64,000 nucleotides of DNA from the NCBI GenBank assembly GCA_949292795.1, contig CASFBR010000132.1, positions 21,875-85,874 of the forward strand, written 5' to 3'. This document shows positions 27,472 through 37,519 of this stretch, piece by piece. How positions within the stretch are numbered: position 1 is the first letter of the stretch; each line of letters opens with the position of its first letter. This stretch comes from an uncultured Eubacteriales bacterium (GTDB lineage: Bacteria > Bacillota > Clostridia > Lachnospirales > Lachnospiraceae). The notes under the pieces are model-generated. The model ran no database searches, was not told the origin of the DNA, and saw nothing but the letters and a program-made list of their open reading frames with translations. The position numbers and the translations under genes are program-made.

Positions 27472-30090
27472 CTACTTGGCTTCATACCAGCTGTTTCCTG
27501 TGTGAATATCCACCTCAAGAGGAACCGCAAGGTGCGCCGCATTTTCCATTTCTTCCTTTAAAATAGTGCAGACCTGTGAAACCTCATCCTTATGTGCTTC
27601 AATGAGCAGCTCATCGTGTACCTGCAAAATCAGCCGGGACTTCATGCCGAGCTGTTCAAGCCGTTCCTTGACACGGATCATGGCGATTTTGATAATATCC
27701 GCCGCTGTGCCCTGTATCGGGGAGTTCATGGCAATCCGTTCTCCGAAGGAACGCTGCATAAAATTGCTGGATTTTAATTCCGGCATCGGGCGGCGGCGGC
27801 CGAACAGTGTCAGGGAATAGCCCTTTTCACGGGCTTCACTGACCATACGGTCAAGAAATGCTTTGACCTGGGGATAAGTATGAAAATATTTCTCAATGTA
27901 CTCTCCTGCTTCCTTGCGGGTGATACTTAAATCCTGGCTCAGACCGAACGAACTGATCCCGTAAACAATCCCAAAGTTGACGGCCTTGGCATTGCGCCGC
28001 TGCAATGGCGTCACTTCATTTAGCGGCGTATGAAATACCTGGGAGGCGGTGATCCTGTGAATATCCTGATCCTCCCGGTATGCCTGGATCAGCTGCGCGT
28101 CGCCGGACATATGGGCAAGCACACGAAGCTCGATCTGAGAATAGTCGGCATCGACAAAAACATAATCCTCCTCCGGCACAAATACCTTGCGGATCAGACG
28201 GCCAAGCTCCATGCGGATGGGGATATTTTGCAGATTGGGCTCAGTACTGCTGATCCGTCCGGTCGCAGTGATCGTCTGATTAAACCTTCCGTGGATACGC
28301 TGATCCGCCTGAATGTAATTTTCCAGCCCGTCGGCATAGGTGGATTTGAGCTTTGTCAGCTGCCGGTATTCAAGAATAAAATCAATGATCGGGTCTTCGG
28401 TGCGCAGCTTTTCCAGCACCTCCGCCGAGGTGGAATACCCGGTTTTTGTTTTCTTTCCAAAAGGAAGGCGCAGCTTTTCAAACAAAATAACGCCCAGCTG
28501 CTTTGGTGAATTGATGTTAAAGGTTTCCCCCGCCAGATCATAAATGTTTTTTTCAAGCTCTGAAATTTTTGAAACGAGCGCATCACCGTAGGCCCGAAGC
28601 TCATCCTTCTCTGCGCGGATGCCATAGTCCTCCATGGAACGAAGCACATAAGACAATGGCAGTTCAATCTGCTCATAAAGGCTTGTCATCTGTGTTTCTT
28701 CAAGCGCCGCACATAACGGAGCACAGGCGAGCCGGGGAACGGCGGCATTCCATCCGAGGAATTTTAAAAAAGTCCGGACATCCTGCGCATAAAGCTCCGC
28801 ATGCGTATGCCTGCCAAATATATCTTTTTCGGACGGCAGGGTCATCGCCAGATAATCTCTTGCAATATCATCATAGGTATAGGAATCCTTTAAGGGATTT
28901 AAAAGATACGCGGCAATGGAAACGTCAAAAACCGATGCCCTTGGCAGCTTCAAAAAGCTTAACGTATCCTTGACATTGCACAGGCACAGACGGTAGCCCT
29001 GTTCGATGAGCTTTTGGATCAGCGCCTGTGTGTCAAAAGCTTCCTGCAATGCAAAATAGACATGATCCCCAAGGCTGATGCACAATCCCTTTGGCTCCTG
29101 TGCATGAAAATAAATGCCGGCATTTGGCGCCATACTGCCGGATGCTTCCGGTCGTGCCTGCTCAAGCACTTCGATACCGGGCAAAAGCTCCGCTGACGCC
29201 AGCTGCGTCTCCTGCGGCAACGTATCCGCGTTGAAACGTGCCATCATATTTTTAAATTCCAGACGTTTAAACAGGACAAATGCTTCCGGCGTATACATAT
29301 CGCCCACAGCCATCGCCTCCGGCGTCACCTCAACCGGACAGTCGGTGTCGATTTTTGCCAGAGCTTTACTGAGCTTTGCCTGCTCCCAGTAATCGACCAG
29401 ATTCTGCGATGCCTTTTTAGGCTTGATCTGATTTGCATTGGCGTAGGCATTTTCGATATTTTTATAGGTTGAAATGATTTTGATTCCCGTTTTTTCGCCA
29501 ATTCCCGGCACACCGGGGATATTGTCCGACGCATCGCCCATAAGCGCCTTTAAATCGACAAATTCCTCCGGTGTGACCTGATACCTTTCAAATACATCCT
29601 GTGCGTAATAGTCCTCGATTTCCGTGCCGGTCATCTTTGTCTTTGGGATGCGGATTTTGATCGTATCGGTGGCGAGCTGGAGCAGGTCGCGGTCGCCGGA
29701 AATAATGGAAACATCCATACCGGCCGCAGCACACTTCCGGCTGAGTGTTCCGAGAAGATCATCGGCCTCATAGCCTTCCTTTTCGATGATAAAAATGCCC
29801 ATTGTCCGCAAAACCTCTTTGATTACAGGAATCTGCTGGCGCAGCTCGCCGGGCATGGCCTTGCGGGTGCCTTTATAGTCCGCAAACATTCTGTGACGAA
29901 ATGTGGGCGCGCTGACATCAAAGGCAACGGCCAGATAATCCGGTGTCTCCTCATCAAGAATTTTAAACATAATATTTAAAAATCCGTAAACCGCATTAGT
30001 GTGGAGTCCCTCGGAGTTGGTCAGGTCCGGAACCCCGTAAAAGGCACGGTTTAATATACTTAATCCATCAATCAATACTGCTTTACTCAT
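27472..30090 (-). CDS. polA: DNA polymerase I
   Basis: 5'-3' exonuclease (EADD, GDRD, GDASDNIPGV), DYSQIELR, KAVNFGIVYG, QVHDEL. Confidence 0.98.
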   Translation of the reverse strand: MSKAVLIDGLSILNRAFYGVPDLTNSEGLHTNAVYGFLNIMFKILDEETPDYLAVAFDVSAPTFRHRMFADYKGTRKAMPGELRQQIPVIKEVLRTMGIFIIEKEGYEADDLLGTLSRKCAAAGMDVSIISGDRDLLQLATDTIKIRIPKTKMTGTEIEDYYAQDVFERYQVTPEEFVDLKALMGDASDNIPGVPGIGEKTGIKIISTYKNIENAYANANQIKPKKASQNLVDYWEQAKLSKALAKIDTDCPVEVTPEAMAVGDMYTPEAFVLFKRLEFKNMMARFNADTLPQETQLASAELLPGIEVLEQARPEASGSMAPNAGIYFHAQEPKGLCISLGDHVYFALQEAFDTQALIQKLIEQGYRLCLCNVKDTLSFLKLPRASVFDVSIAAYLLNPLKDSYTYDDIARDYLAMTLPSEKDIFGRHTHAELYAQDVRTFLKFLGWNAAVPRLACAPLCAALEETQMTSLYEQIELPLSYVLRSMEDYGIRAEKDELRAYGDALVSKISELEKNIYDLAGETFNINSPKQLGVILFEKLRLPFGKKTKTGYSTSAEVLEKLRTEDPIIDFILEYRQLTKLKSTYADGLENYIQADQRIHGRFNQTITATGRISSTEPNLQNIPIRMELGRLIRKVFVPEEDYVFVDADYSQIELRVLAHMSGDAQLIQAYREDQDIHRITASQVFHTPLNEVTPLQRRNAKAVNFGIVYGISSFGLSQDLSITRKEAGEYIEKYFHTYPQVKAFLDRMVSEAREKGYSLTLFGRRRPMPELKSSNFMQRSFGERIAMNSPIQGTAADIIKIAMIRVKERLEQLGMKSRLILQVHDELLIEAHKDEVSQVCTILKEEMENAAHLAVPLEVDIHTGNSWYEAK

Positions 30091-30617
30091 TTATCTGCCC
30101 CTTCTTCTGAATTTTGTGCCTGAATACGCCTCAGAGGCATATCAAATGCATTATTTACAAAGTAATCATCCGCCTTCCGCGTAATAAGCGTGTGCTTCTC
30201 TCCTGCCGGTACATGAATGTCCAGATGGATGGCCTGACTGGCCTGCCGGATATACCGGGCAGCAAGGTCCGGGTGGGTATAAATATTGTAATAGGCAAAG
30301 CCGCCCGTGAAAAGCAGCAGCAAAAAGGCAACGGCACAGCCAAACCTAAGCCGCGCGCTGCGGGAATGTTTTTTAGCGAGCTGCTCCTTCTTAAAAGCGA
30401 TATATTTTTTCAGATCGCCGTTAAAATCGACAAGCATATGTTCTTCTTCATCAAGCTGTTTAACGCCGACCATGACGATATAGTAAACCTCCAGCTCGTC
30501 ATAGCAATCTCCGCAGCGCTCGATATGCTCAATAAATTTTTCATTTTGTTCGTCGCTTAAGGTGCCCTCGATAAAAGGTACGATCAGCGACTGGGCTTCT
30601 CTGCAATCCATGCTCAT
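30087..30617 (-). CDS. zf-HC2 zinc-finger anti-sigma-like membrane protein
   Basis: MDCREAQ...HIERCGDC (HxxxCxxC) plus one TM helix; stop overlaps polA start. Confidence 0.8.
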   Translation of the reverse strand: MSMDCREAQSLIVPFIEGTLSDEQNEKFIEHIERCGDCYDELEVYYIVMVGVKQLDEEEHMLVDFNGDLKKYIAFKKEQLAKKHSRSARLRFGCAVAFLLLLFTGGFAYYNIYTHPDLAARYIRQASQAIHLDIHVPAGEKHTLITRKADDYFVNNAFDMPLRRIQAQNSEEGADK

Positions 30618-30626
30618 ATCTCCTGA

Positions 30627-30658
30627 ATAAAAATGTAGCCTGATAAAAATGTAGCCTG
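30627..30658. repeat. Perfect 16-bp tandem duplication
   Basis: ATAAAAATGTAGCCTG x2 immediately upstream of the zf-HC2 RBS. Confidence 0.85.
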
Positions 30659-30883
30659 GCGCTTTGGGTGAGGCTTCTAACGATGCCGTTTTTCCGCCGG
30701 GCAGGCTCCCGCGCAGCTTTGCGCGCGGTCACGGGCCTTCGCCCAATCTATTATAGCACGTTTTAACCAGGTTATAAACTCTTTTTGTTCGGCGGCATGG
30801 GGTTATTATTTACAGGAGAACCGGTTTATATTAAAATGAAAAGTGAATGAAGGCTTTATAAACTAAAAAATGGAGGTGGCTTT

Positions 30884-32311
30884 ATGGCCGGACTGGAAAC
30901 AGTATTGCTGTATAATTTTAATGATGATAAAAAGCTTCGCAGTCTGAAGATGATTTTTTTGAGAATGGGCGTACGCATGAGGGTGATCACACCGGATATG
31001 TATCTGGAGCCCATTGGTGCGCTGGCGCATATTAAAGGCTTTACACAGACAGGGACGCGCTATGAAGGCCCGGGATTTTCAGATGAAATGCTCGTTATGA
31101 ATGGTTTTTCCAATGCCCGTCTGGATGAGCTGCTGCACAGCTTAAGAAAAAATCATGTAGAAAGAATCCACTTAAAGGCGGTGGTGACTGCGCATAATGC
31201 TTCATGGAACTCGCTTGAGCTTCACGGCGAGCTGACAAAGGAACATCAGATGATGACCAAAGCGCCGATGATGGATGCTGTTGTCTATCAAAAGGAAGGT
31301 GTGTTTGCTCTGGAAAAACGCCGGATTCCAAAGCTTATCGACCCGACCGATGCCATTGTAAAGGTGACGCTGGCCTCAATTTGTACCAGTGATCTGCATA
31401 TTAAGCACGGAAGCGTCCCCAAAGCGGTCCCGGGCATCGTCGTCGGACATGAAATGGTCGGCGAGATCGTCAGTCTTGGTTCCGATGTACATGGATTTAA
31501 GCCCGGAGACCGTGTGGCCGTGAATGTAGAAACATTTTGCGGAACATGCTTTTTCTGCCAGAGAGGCTTTGTCAACAACTGTACAGACCCCAACGGCGGC
31601 TGGGCGCTTGGCTGCCGTATCGATGGCGGTCAGGCAGAGTATGTGCGTGTTCCCTATGCACAAAACGGTCTGACGAAAATTCCGGATCAGGTGACGGATG
31701 AACAGGCAATTTTTACGGGGGATATTTTGTCAACCGGGTACTGGGGTGCCAAAATCAGTGAGATAAAAAAAGAGGACGTTGTCGTTGTTCTTGGAGCAGG
31801 CCCTACGGGCATCTGTGCCATGATGTGCGCAGCGCTTTATGAGCCGGCTCAGATTATTGCTGTGGATATTGATGCGTACCGTCTTGATCTTGTAAAAGAA
31901 CATCATATCGCGGACATTGCCATAAACAGTGCCAAATCGCCGCTGGAGCAGATGATCATGGAAATCACCGACGGACGGGGAGCGGATGTTGTCATTGAGG
32001 CGGCCGGCGGAAAAGACACCTTTACAACCGCATGGAAAATTGCCCGCCCCAATGGTATTGTTACGGTCGTTGCGCTTTATGAGGAAGATCAGGTGCTCCC
32101 GCTGCCGCAGATGTATGGAAAAAATCTGACATTTAAGACCGGCGGCGTGGATGCCTGCGACTGCGGCGACATCCTGCGCCTGATTTCAGAAGGAAAGCTT
32201 GATACAACCTGCCTGATCTCCCACCGCTTCGCGCTGAAGGATGCAATGAAAGCCTATGAGCTGTTTGAAAATCGCGAAGATCATGTGATCAAGGTTGTGC
32301 TCAAACCATAA
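30884..32311 (+). CDS. DUF3783-like domain fused to a zinc-dependent alcohol dehydrogenase (MDR)
   Basis: N-terminal about 125 aa with EMLVMNGF, LKAVVTAHN and ELTKEH; then ICTSDLH, GHE, CGTCFFC-x7-C and GAGPTG in one open frame. Confidence 0.85.
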   Translation: MAGLETVLLYNFNDDKKLRSLKMIFLRMGVRMRVITPDMYLEPIGALAHIKGFTQTGTRYEGPGFSDEMLVMNGFSNARLDELLHSLRKNHVERIHLKAVVTAHNASWNSLELHGELTKEHQMMTKAPMMDAVVYQKEGVFALEKRRIPKLIDPTDAIVKVTLASICTSDLHIKHGSVPKAVPGIVVGHEMVGEIVSLGSDVHGFKPGDRVAVNVETFCGTCFFCQRGFVNNCTDPNGGWALGCRIDGGQAEYVRVPYAQNGLTKIPDQVTDEQAIFTGDILSTGYWGAKISEIKKEDVVVVLGAGPTGICAMMCAALYEPAQIIAVDIDAYRLDLVKEHHIADIAINSAKSPLEQMIMEITDGRGADVVIEAAGGKDTFTTAWKIARPNGIVTVVALYEEDQVLPLPQMYGKNLTFKTGGVDACDCGDILRLISEGKLDTTCLISHRFALKDAMKAYELFENREDHVIKVVLKP

Positions 32312-32364
32312 TATACTCAAACTATAATATACTCAAAAATATATTCAAACTATAATATACTCAA
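32301..32364. repeat. 16-bp tandem repeat at the ADH 3' end
   Basis: TCAAAC(C/T)ATAATATAC x3 plus a 12-bp partial copy; first copy contains the stop codon. Confidence 0.8.
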
Positions 32365-32497
32365 GGTCGTGCGCACACCATATATGGCAAAACCATAGCA
32401 TGAGGCTGATTCGCGGCAGATCAGAAAAAAGGTTCGTTTACATCAGGAAAAGCTGTGAGTTTACATAATATTATTATGTAAACTCACAGGCATAAAT

Positions 32498-32540
32498 AAA
32501 AAGGCGAGCAAACCATTCATCAGGTCTGCTCGCCTTTTTA
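32498..32540 (-). terminator. Terminator after tRNA-Leu
   Basis: AAAAAGGCGAGCA...TGCTCGCCTTTTT inverted repeat. Confidence 0.8.
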
Positions 32541-32543
32541 TTA

Positions 32544-32626
32544 TGCCGGCGGCGGGACTTGAACCCGCACGTAGTTGCCCACAACAGATTTTGAGTCTGC
32601 CTCGTCTGCCATTCCGACACGCCGGC
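32544..32626 (-). tRNA. tRNA-Leu(CAA)
   Basis: Cloverleaf GCCGGCG...GGAATGGCAGAC, anticodon loop CTCAAAA, long variable arm, GGTTCAAGTCC; CCA not encoded. Confidence 0.95.
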
Positions 32627-32742
32627 GTTGTCCGCTGCGACAATTATATTACCATTTTTGAGAATAAATGTCAAGACATTTTTGGACACTGGCACTGTGA
32701 AAAAGAACGATCCGGACAGGCAGCAGTTATTGCAGGCAGCGG

Positions 32743-33576
32743 CTATTTTTTCAGCCATTCTTTATATTCGGCCGCGTCCAGCTGCCCGCTCCGGGCCAGC
32801 GCCAGTTTTTTCTTCGCTTCCTGATACCATTGCTCGAAATCTGCTCTGGAAAGGTTGCCGGCGTGCTTTCTTGGCTTGGTCATCCGGGCATAATGCGCTT
32901 TATAGGCTCTTGTATAAGCCAGCAGCAGATCGTCGCTTTTGACTGAGCGTGCAAACGTCTGCGTATAACCAACATCCTGGCATGTTTTCTGATCCTTTGT
33001 AACAATACGGGAGCAATAATCGATATTACTCTTCTTTGGCAAAAAGAGGCGGCGGCAGTTTTTGCATATCTTGACCAGCGTCTGTGCGCGTATCATTTCC
33101 CAGAACTCAAGATAAAGGCAGTCTTGAAAGCCAAGCAGGTAATAATCCACCGCCGGCTGACCATCAAGCCATGTAAAATGGGACTGGGTATACAGACGAA
33201 ATGTACCGGCCGTATCTGCAAGCCCCGGAGAAAAGCCTTCCTGCACATATTGTAACAGCCATGCTTTATATGTTTTTTGCAGCTGTAAAAGCCCCTGAAC
33301 GCTGTCACTGCCCTCATAGGACGGGTCTGTGCTGTTATATACAAATCTTTTGAGTGCATGTTCCGAAAGATGGCGGAAATATGGATGAAGCGCTTTAAGA
33401 CGTCCGGTGCAGTCCGCATCGCTGTCATCGGGGAGGGCTTCGGATAAGTCCTGATATATAAAATCAATAAGATTTTCCCCGACACCTGCCGTCTCCGCCG
33501 GAGCCTGATAAAAAATCGTCCCGGGATGAACGGTCGTATAAACATGTATGTATAAATTTCCACGGTCTGACATCAT
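32743..33576 (-). CDS. Uncharacterised protein, DUF6076-like, with C-terminal Cys cluster
   Basis: CKNCRRLF...YCSR...TCQDVG and AYTRAYKAHYARM; GGAGGT RBS upstream of ATG 33576. Confidence 0.7.
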   Translation of the reverse strand: MMSDRGNLYIHVYTTVHPGTIFYQAPAETAGVGENLIDFIYQDLSEALPDDSDADCTGRLKALHPYFRHLSEHALKRFVYNSTDPSYEGSDSVQGLLQLQKTYKAWLLQYVQEGFSPGLADTAGTFRLYTQSHFTWLDGQPAVDYYLLGFQDCLYLEFWEMIRAQTLVKICKNCRRLFLPKKSNIDYCSRIVTKDQKTCQDVGYTQTFARSVKSDDLLLAYTRAYKAHYARMTKPRKHAGNLSRADFEQWYQEAKKKLALARSGQLDAAEYKEWLKK

Positions 33577-33804
33577 CGTCTGCACCTCCATGAATGACTA
33601 TAACTTGAAGCATTTATATCGTATCACAAAGAAGGGAAAGAAGCAAGCTTGTCCGCCAGAGCCGGACGGCTTTATAAAAATCGTTTTATGTGAATTTTAA
33701 TATCACAGGAGCTTTTATTTCCTGTGACAAAATATTTCACCCAAAACGCCGTTTCCTGTAAAGCAAAAAAACTCTGAAAGCAACTGCTTCCAGAGTTTTT
33801 GTTG

Positions 33805-33876
33805 TAGCCCGTAGGGGAATCGAACCCCTGTTTCCGCCGTGAGAGGGCGGCGTCTTGACCGCTTGACCAACGAGCC
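33805..33876 (-). tRNA. tRNA-Glu(CTC)
   Basis: GGCTCGTTGGTCAAGCGG..., anticodon stem CCGCC-CTCTCAC-GGCGG, GGTTCGATTCC; own promoter TTGATT-17-TATACT. Confidence 0.95.
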
Positions 33877-33982
33877 ATCTGACTATCTTAGTATAACCGA
33901 TGTCCCGAAAAAAATCAAGTACTTTTTTTAAAATTTTTCAAAAAATTTTAAAAATCGAAATTTTTCGTACATCTGGTTATGA

Positions 33983-34334
33983 TGGAGCTGCGGGGAGTCG
34001 AACCCCGGTCCGAAGGCACATCCATCAAAGCATCTCCCATCACAGTCGCTGTACATTCATTCCCTCAAGGATACGCCCGGCGACAGGCTTACCCTCTTAG
34101 TAGCTTCATTAATCTTCCACCGCTGCAAAGCTTAGGCGGTGGAGGGCCTCACATCATCGATGCCAGTTCCGGTGACTGTGAGCAATCACCGGCTGACAAG
34201 CTGCAATTAAGCAGCAGCTAATGCGTAATTGTCATTTTCTGCATTTATATTTAGGTTCCAGGTTTTAACGCAGTCCCGGAAACTGCGGATGGCTTCTTCA
34301 ATTTCCACACCCCCGTCGAAACCAGTACAACCCC
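33983..34334 (-). ncRNA. ssrA: tmRNA
   Basis: 5' GGGGTTGTACTGGTTTCGAC, 3' GGTTCGACTCCCCGCAGCTCCA, tag frame AENDNYALAAA-stop at 34207-34242; follows smpB. Confidence 0.97.
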
Positions 34335-34377
34335 GTAATTTGCGGGCCCTGGCATCCATCTGACAAGGTCAGAGATT

Positions 34378-34407
34378 ATTATAGCCTATGACCCGCCGTC
34401 TCGTCAA
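34378..34407 (-). promoter_or_regulatory. ssrA promoter
   Basis: TTGACG, 18 bp spacer, TATAAT. Confidence 0.7.
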
Positions 34408-34411
34408 GAGG

Positions 34412-34885
34412 TTAATAAAGATTTTTTACTTTAAATTCCTTTTCGGCTTCGCGGCGCTGATCTTTTTTGGCAATATCCGCCCGCTTGTCATAGAGCTTTT
34501 TGCCCCGGGCCAGGCCGACCTCTACTTTCACAAGACTTCCCTTAAGATAGACCTTTAAGGGGACAAGGGTATAGCCCTTTTGTGCAGCCTGGCCGAGAAT
34601 TTTGTGAATCTCGCTTTTATGAAGTAAAAGCTTGCGCGTTCTTAAAGGGTCTTTGTTAAAAATATTTCCCTTCTCATATGGGCTGATATGCATCTGATAA
34701 ATAAAAAGCTCGCCGTGATCCGGACGGATAAAGGCTTCCTTGATACTGCAGTGCCCCATGCGCAGGGATTTAACTTCGGTGCCGTGAAGGACAATCCCTG
34801 CTTCATAAGTATCTTCAATAAAATAATCAAAATAGGCTTTTTTGTTATTGGCAATAAGTTTTGTTCCACTCGTGTTTTTCGCCAT
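34412..34885 (-). CDS. smpB: SsrA-binding protein SmpB
   Basis: [34 protein letters not shown]. Confidence 0.98.
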   Translation of the reverse strand: MAKNTSGTKLIANNKKAYFDYFIEDTYEAGIVLHGTEVKSLRMGHCSIKEAFIRPDHGELFIYQMHISPYEKGNIFNKDPLRTRKLLLHKSEIHKILGQAAQKGYTLVPLKVYLKGSLVKVEVGLARGKKLYDKRADIAKKDQRREAEKEFKVKNLY

Positions 34886-34901
34886 ACCTTTCATCTCCCA
34901 T

Positions 34902-37037
34902 CTAGTCTGCCAGCACAAAACGGAGCGTTCTTGACATCTTGTCCGCTTCGGCGGCGCATACACGTACACTCTGGCCGAGCGTATAGCTGACGCCGGACAT
35001 TTCACCGATAATGGCAAAGGCATCCTCATCATAATAATAAAAATCGTCATCCATATCCTGCAAACGTATGATCCCCTCACATGTATTTTCAAGCTCCACA
35101 TACATTCCAAAGCCCGCCAGCCCGGAAACCACACCCGTATAAATCTCTCCGATATGGCTGGACATATATTCCACTTTTTTTAATCTTTCCACTTCCCGCT
35201 CCGCTTCATCCGCCCGGCGCTCGGTCATGCTGGACTGACCGGCGACCTCCGGAAGGATTTTGCGATAGTGTGCCTGGCGCACTTCATTGAGCGTCCCGTG
35301 AAGATTCTCCTTGATGATCCGGTGAATCTGAAGGTCCGGATAACGGCGGATAGGCGATGTAAAATGGCAATAATACTTGACAGCAAGGCCGAAATGCCCG
35401 GTATTTTCTGTCGTATAGCGCGCCTGCTTCATGGAGCGCAGGGCAAGCCGGGAAATCAGCGCTTCCTCAGGGGTATCCTGGATACGGCCGAGAAGCTTTT
35501 GAAATTCTTTTGGATGGATTTCCCGCCGGTTGGTTTTCATAGAGTAGCCAAAGGCAGCGATCATATCCATGAGCCTGCGGATTTTTTCTGTATCCGGCGT
35601 TTCATGGGTACGGTATAAAAATGGAAGCTCCTGCCAGAAAAAATCCTCCGCGATCGTTTCATTGGCAATGAGCATGAAATCTTCAATGATTTTCGTCGCC
35701 GCATTGCGCTCATAGGGACGGACATCCACCGGAAATCCGTCTGCATCAAGGCAGATTTTTGCTTCAGGAAAATCAAAATCAATGCCGCCCCGCTCCTGTC
35801 TTTTCCTGCGCAGCACATCCGCAGCCTGCTTCATCAGCTCAAACATTGGAACAAGCTCCTCATATTGCCGGCATACCCCGGGATCATGGGCGGTAACAAT
35901 AGCGTCCACTGCGGTATAGGTCATACGGCGGTCCACACGGATGATCGTTTCTGCGATCTCATGGCCGATCACACGGCCCTGTGCGTCAATATCCATCAGG
36001 CAGCTTAACGCCAGACGGTCACAGCCCTCGTTCAGGGAGCATATACCATTGGAAAGCTCATGGGGAAGCATCGGCACAACACGGTCCACGAGGTAAACAC
36101 TTGTGCCCCTTCGGAGCGCTTCCCGGTCCAGCGGCGTATGCTCCTGTACATAATAGCTGACATCGGCAATATGAACGCCAAGGTGATAGATGCCATTTTC
36201 CATGGATATTGTTATAGCGTCGTCAAGGTCTTTGGCATCCTCCCCGTCGATGGTCACCGTGAGAAGGCCGCGCAAATCTCTGCGCCCGTCCATCTCCCCG
36301 GCGGTCACGCTGCTTTTTAGACCTTTAAGCTGCCTGACGACATCTTCAGGAAATTCCACCGGGATATTTTCTGCCTTTAACACGGAAAGGACATCGGTTT
36401 TGGGATCATCGATATGTCCGAGTATTTCTATAATGCGTCCCTCAGGATTTTTCCCGGCATTTCCATAGCTTTCCAGCTGTACAACAACCTTATGTCCGGT
36501 TACGGCCCCCATGGAGTCCTCGCTGCGCACAAAAATATCTTTGGAAATTTTGGCATTGTCAGGAATGACAAAGCCAAATTTTTTGCTTTTATCATAAGTG
36601 CCGACAATCTTGTCATTGGCCCGGCGGATAATCTTTAAAACCTGGCCTTCCCCGCGTTTGGTCCGGGTCGCCTGGCGAAGGAGCCTTACAAGTACTATAT
36701 CGCCGTGGAGCGCGCCGGCCGTATCCTTTTCGGAAATAAAAATATCGTCATCCGCTCCTTCAGCTCTCACAAAGCCGAAGCCGCGGGCAGTTCCCATAAA
36801 TACTCCGGTTACCTGATCGTGACCGGGCTTTGTGTAACGCCCGTCGCCGGTCATGGAAACCCAGCCGTCGGCAATCATCTGATCGAGCAGCTCTTTCAGC
36901 GCCTCCCGCTCATCCTTTGGCACCTGGAGGAGCATACACAATTCCTTCAGCTTCATCGGATGATAGTTTTCGTCAGAAAATAAATCTTTCAACATATTTT
37001 TGCGAAGTTCACAGGTCATTTCATCCACTACATTCAC
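34902..37037 (-). CDS. rnr: Ribonuclease R
   Basis: CSD domains, [26 protein letters not shown]1 domain. Confidence 0.97.
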   Translation of the reverse strand: MNVVDEMTCELRKNMLKDLFSDENYHPMKLKELCMLLQVPKDEREALKELLDQMIADGWVSMTGDGRYTKPGHDQVTGVFMGTARGFGFVRAEGADDDIFISEKDTAGALHGDIVLVRLLRQATRTKRGEGQVLKIIRRANDKIVGTYDKSKKFGFVIPDNAKISKDIFVRSEDSMGAVTGHKVVVQLESYGNAGKNPEGRIIEILGHIDDPKTDVLSVLKAENIPVEFPEDVVRQLKGLKSSVTAGEMDGRRDLRGLLTVTIDGEDAKDLDDAITISMENGIYHLGVHIADVSYYVQEHTPLDREALRRGTSVYLVDRVVPMLPHELSNGICSLNEGCDRLALSCLMDIDAQGRVIGHEIAETIIRVDRRMTYTAVDAIVTAHDPGVCRQYEELVPMFELMKQAADVLRRKRQERGGIDFDFPEAKICLDADGFPVDVRPYERNAATKIIEDFMLIANETIAEDFFWQELPFLYRTHETPDTEKIRRLMDMIAAFGYSMKTNRREIHPKEFQKLLGRIQDTPEEALISRLALRSMKQARYTTENTGHFGLAVKYYCHFTSPIRRYPDLQIHRIIKENLHGTLNEVRQAHYRKILPEVAGQSSMTERRADEAEREVERLKKVEYMSSHIGEIYTGVVSGLAGFGMYVELENTCEGIIRLQDMDDDFYYYDEDAFAIIGEMSGVSYTLGQSVRVCAAEADKMSRTLRFVLAD

Positions 37038-37148
37038 CTCCCGTTTGTTTCATCACAAAATTCTCTCCTGCATGGCCCCTGATACATTTTGTACACGCAT
37101 CGGTTACATGCGCAGTCATCCCCGTTTTTTAAAGGTTTCCTGCGGAAC

Positions 37149-37187
37149 TTAAAAACACTCTTATGTCTGTCCATAAGAGTGTTTTTC
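37149..37187 (-). terminator. Terminator after secG
   Basis: AAAAACACTCTTATG/CATAAGAGTGTTTTT inverted repeat. Confidence 0.8.
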
Positions 37188-37218
37188 ATTGGCAATCCTT
37201 TATACCGGTAATCTACGA

Positions 37219-37458
37219 TTACCAGTTCATATTTAATGCAAGGGCAATGATAAAAAACAATGCCGCAAAAACCTTGGTCGCTTTTACAAGCTTGCCTTCC
37301 ATCGAACGGCCTTTATTCTTGCCCCAGTAAGTATCTGCTACGCCATTAATCGCGCCGCTTAAACCGGATGTTTTGCTCTCCTGCATCAAAATGACAACCA
37401 CTAATACTATACTAATAAGAACAAAAAGTACCATTACGATTGTTCTTAAAATATCCAT
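37219..37458 (-). CDS. secG: Preprotein translocase subunit SecG
   Basis: Two TM helices, ILMQESK..GLSGAI; located between gpmI and rnr. Confidence 0.93.
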   Translation of the reverse strand: MDILRTIVMVLFVLISIVLVVVILMQESKTSGLSGAINGVADTYWGKNKGRSMEGKLVKATKVFAALFFIIALALNMNW

Positions 37459-37519
37459 CACGTCCACCTCCTAGACTCAACACAGCTTATTCTATCATAA
37501 GATGGCTCAATACGCAAGC

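Noticed and set aside
30660-30750. ZTP (pfl), c-di-GMP-I or glycine riboswitch in the zf-HC2 leader
   Set aside because: Only short words match (CGTGAC, GCAAAGC, GCGAAGG); required conserved loops and pseudoknot partners are absent
32544-34334. att-site duplications at tRNA-Leu, tRNA-Glu or ssrA 3' ends
   Set aside because: No repeated 3' fragments found by eye within the window
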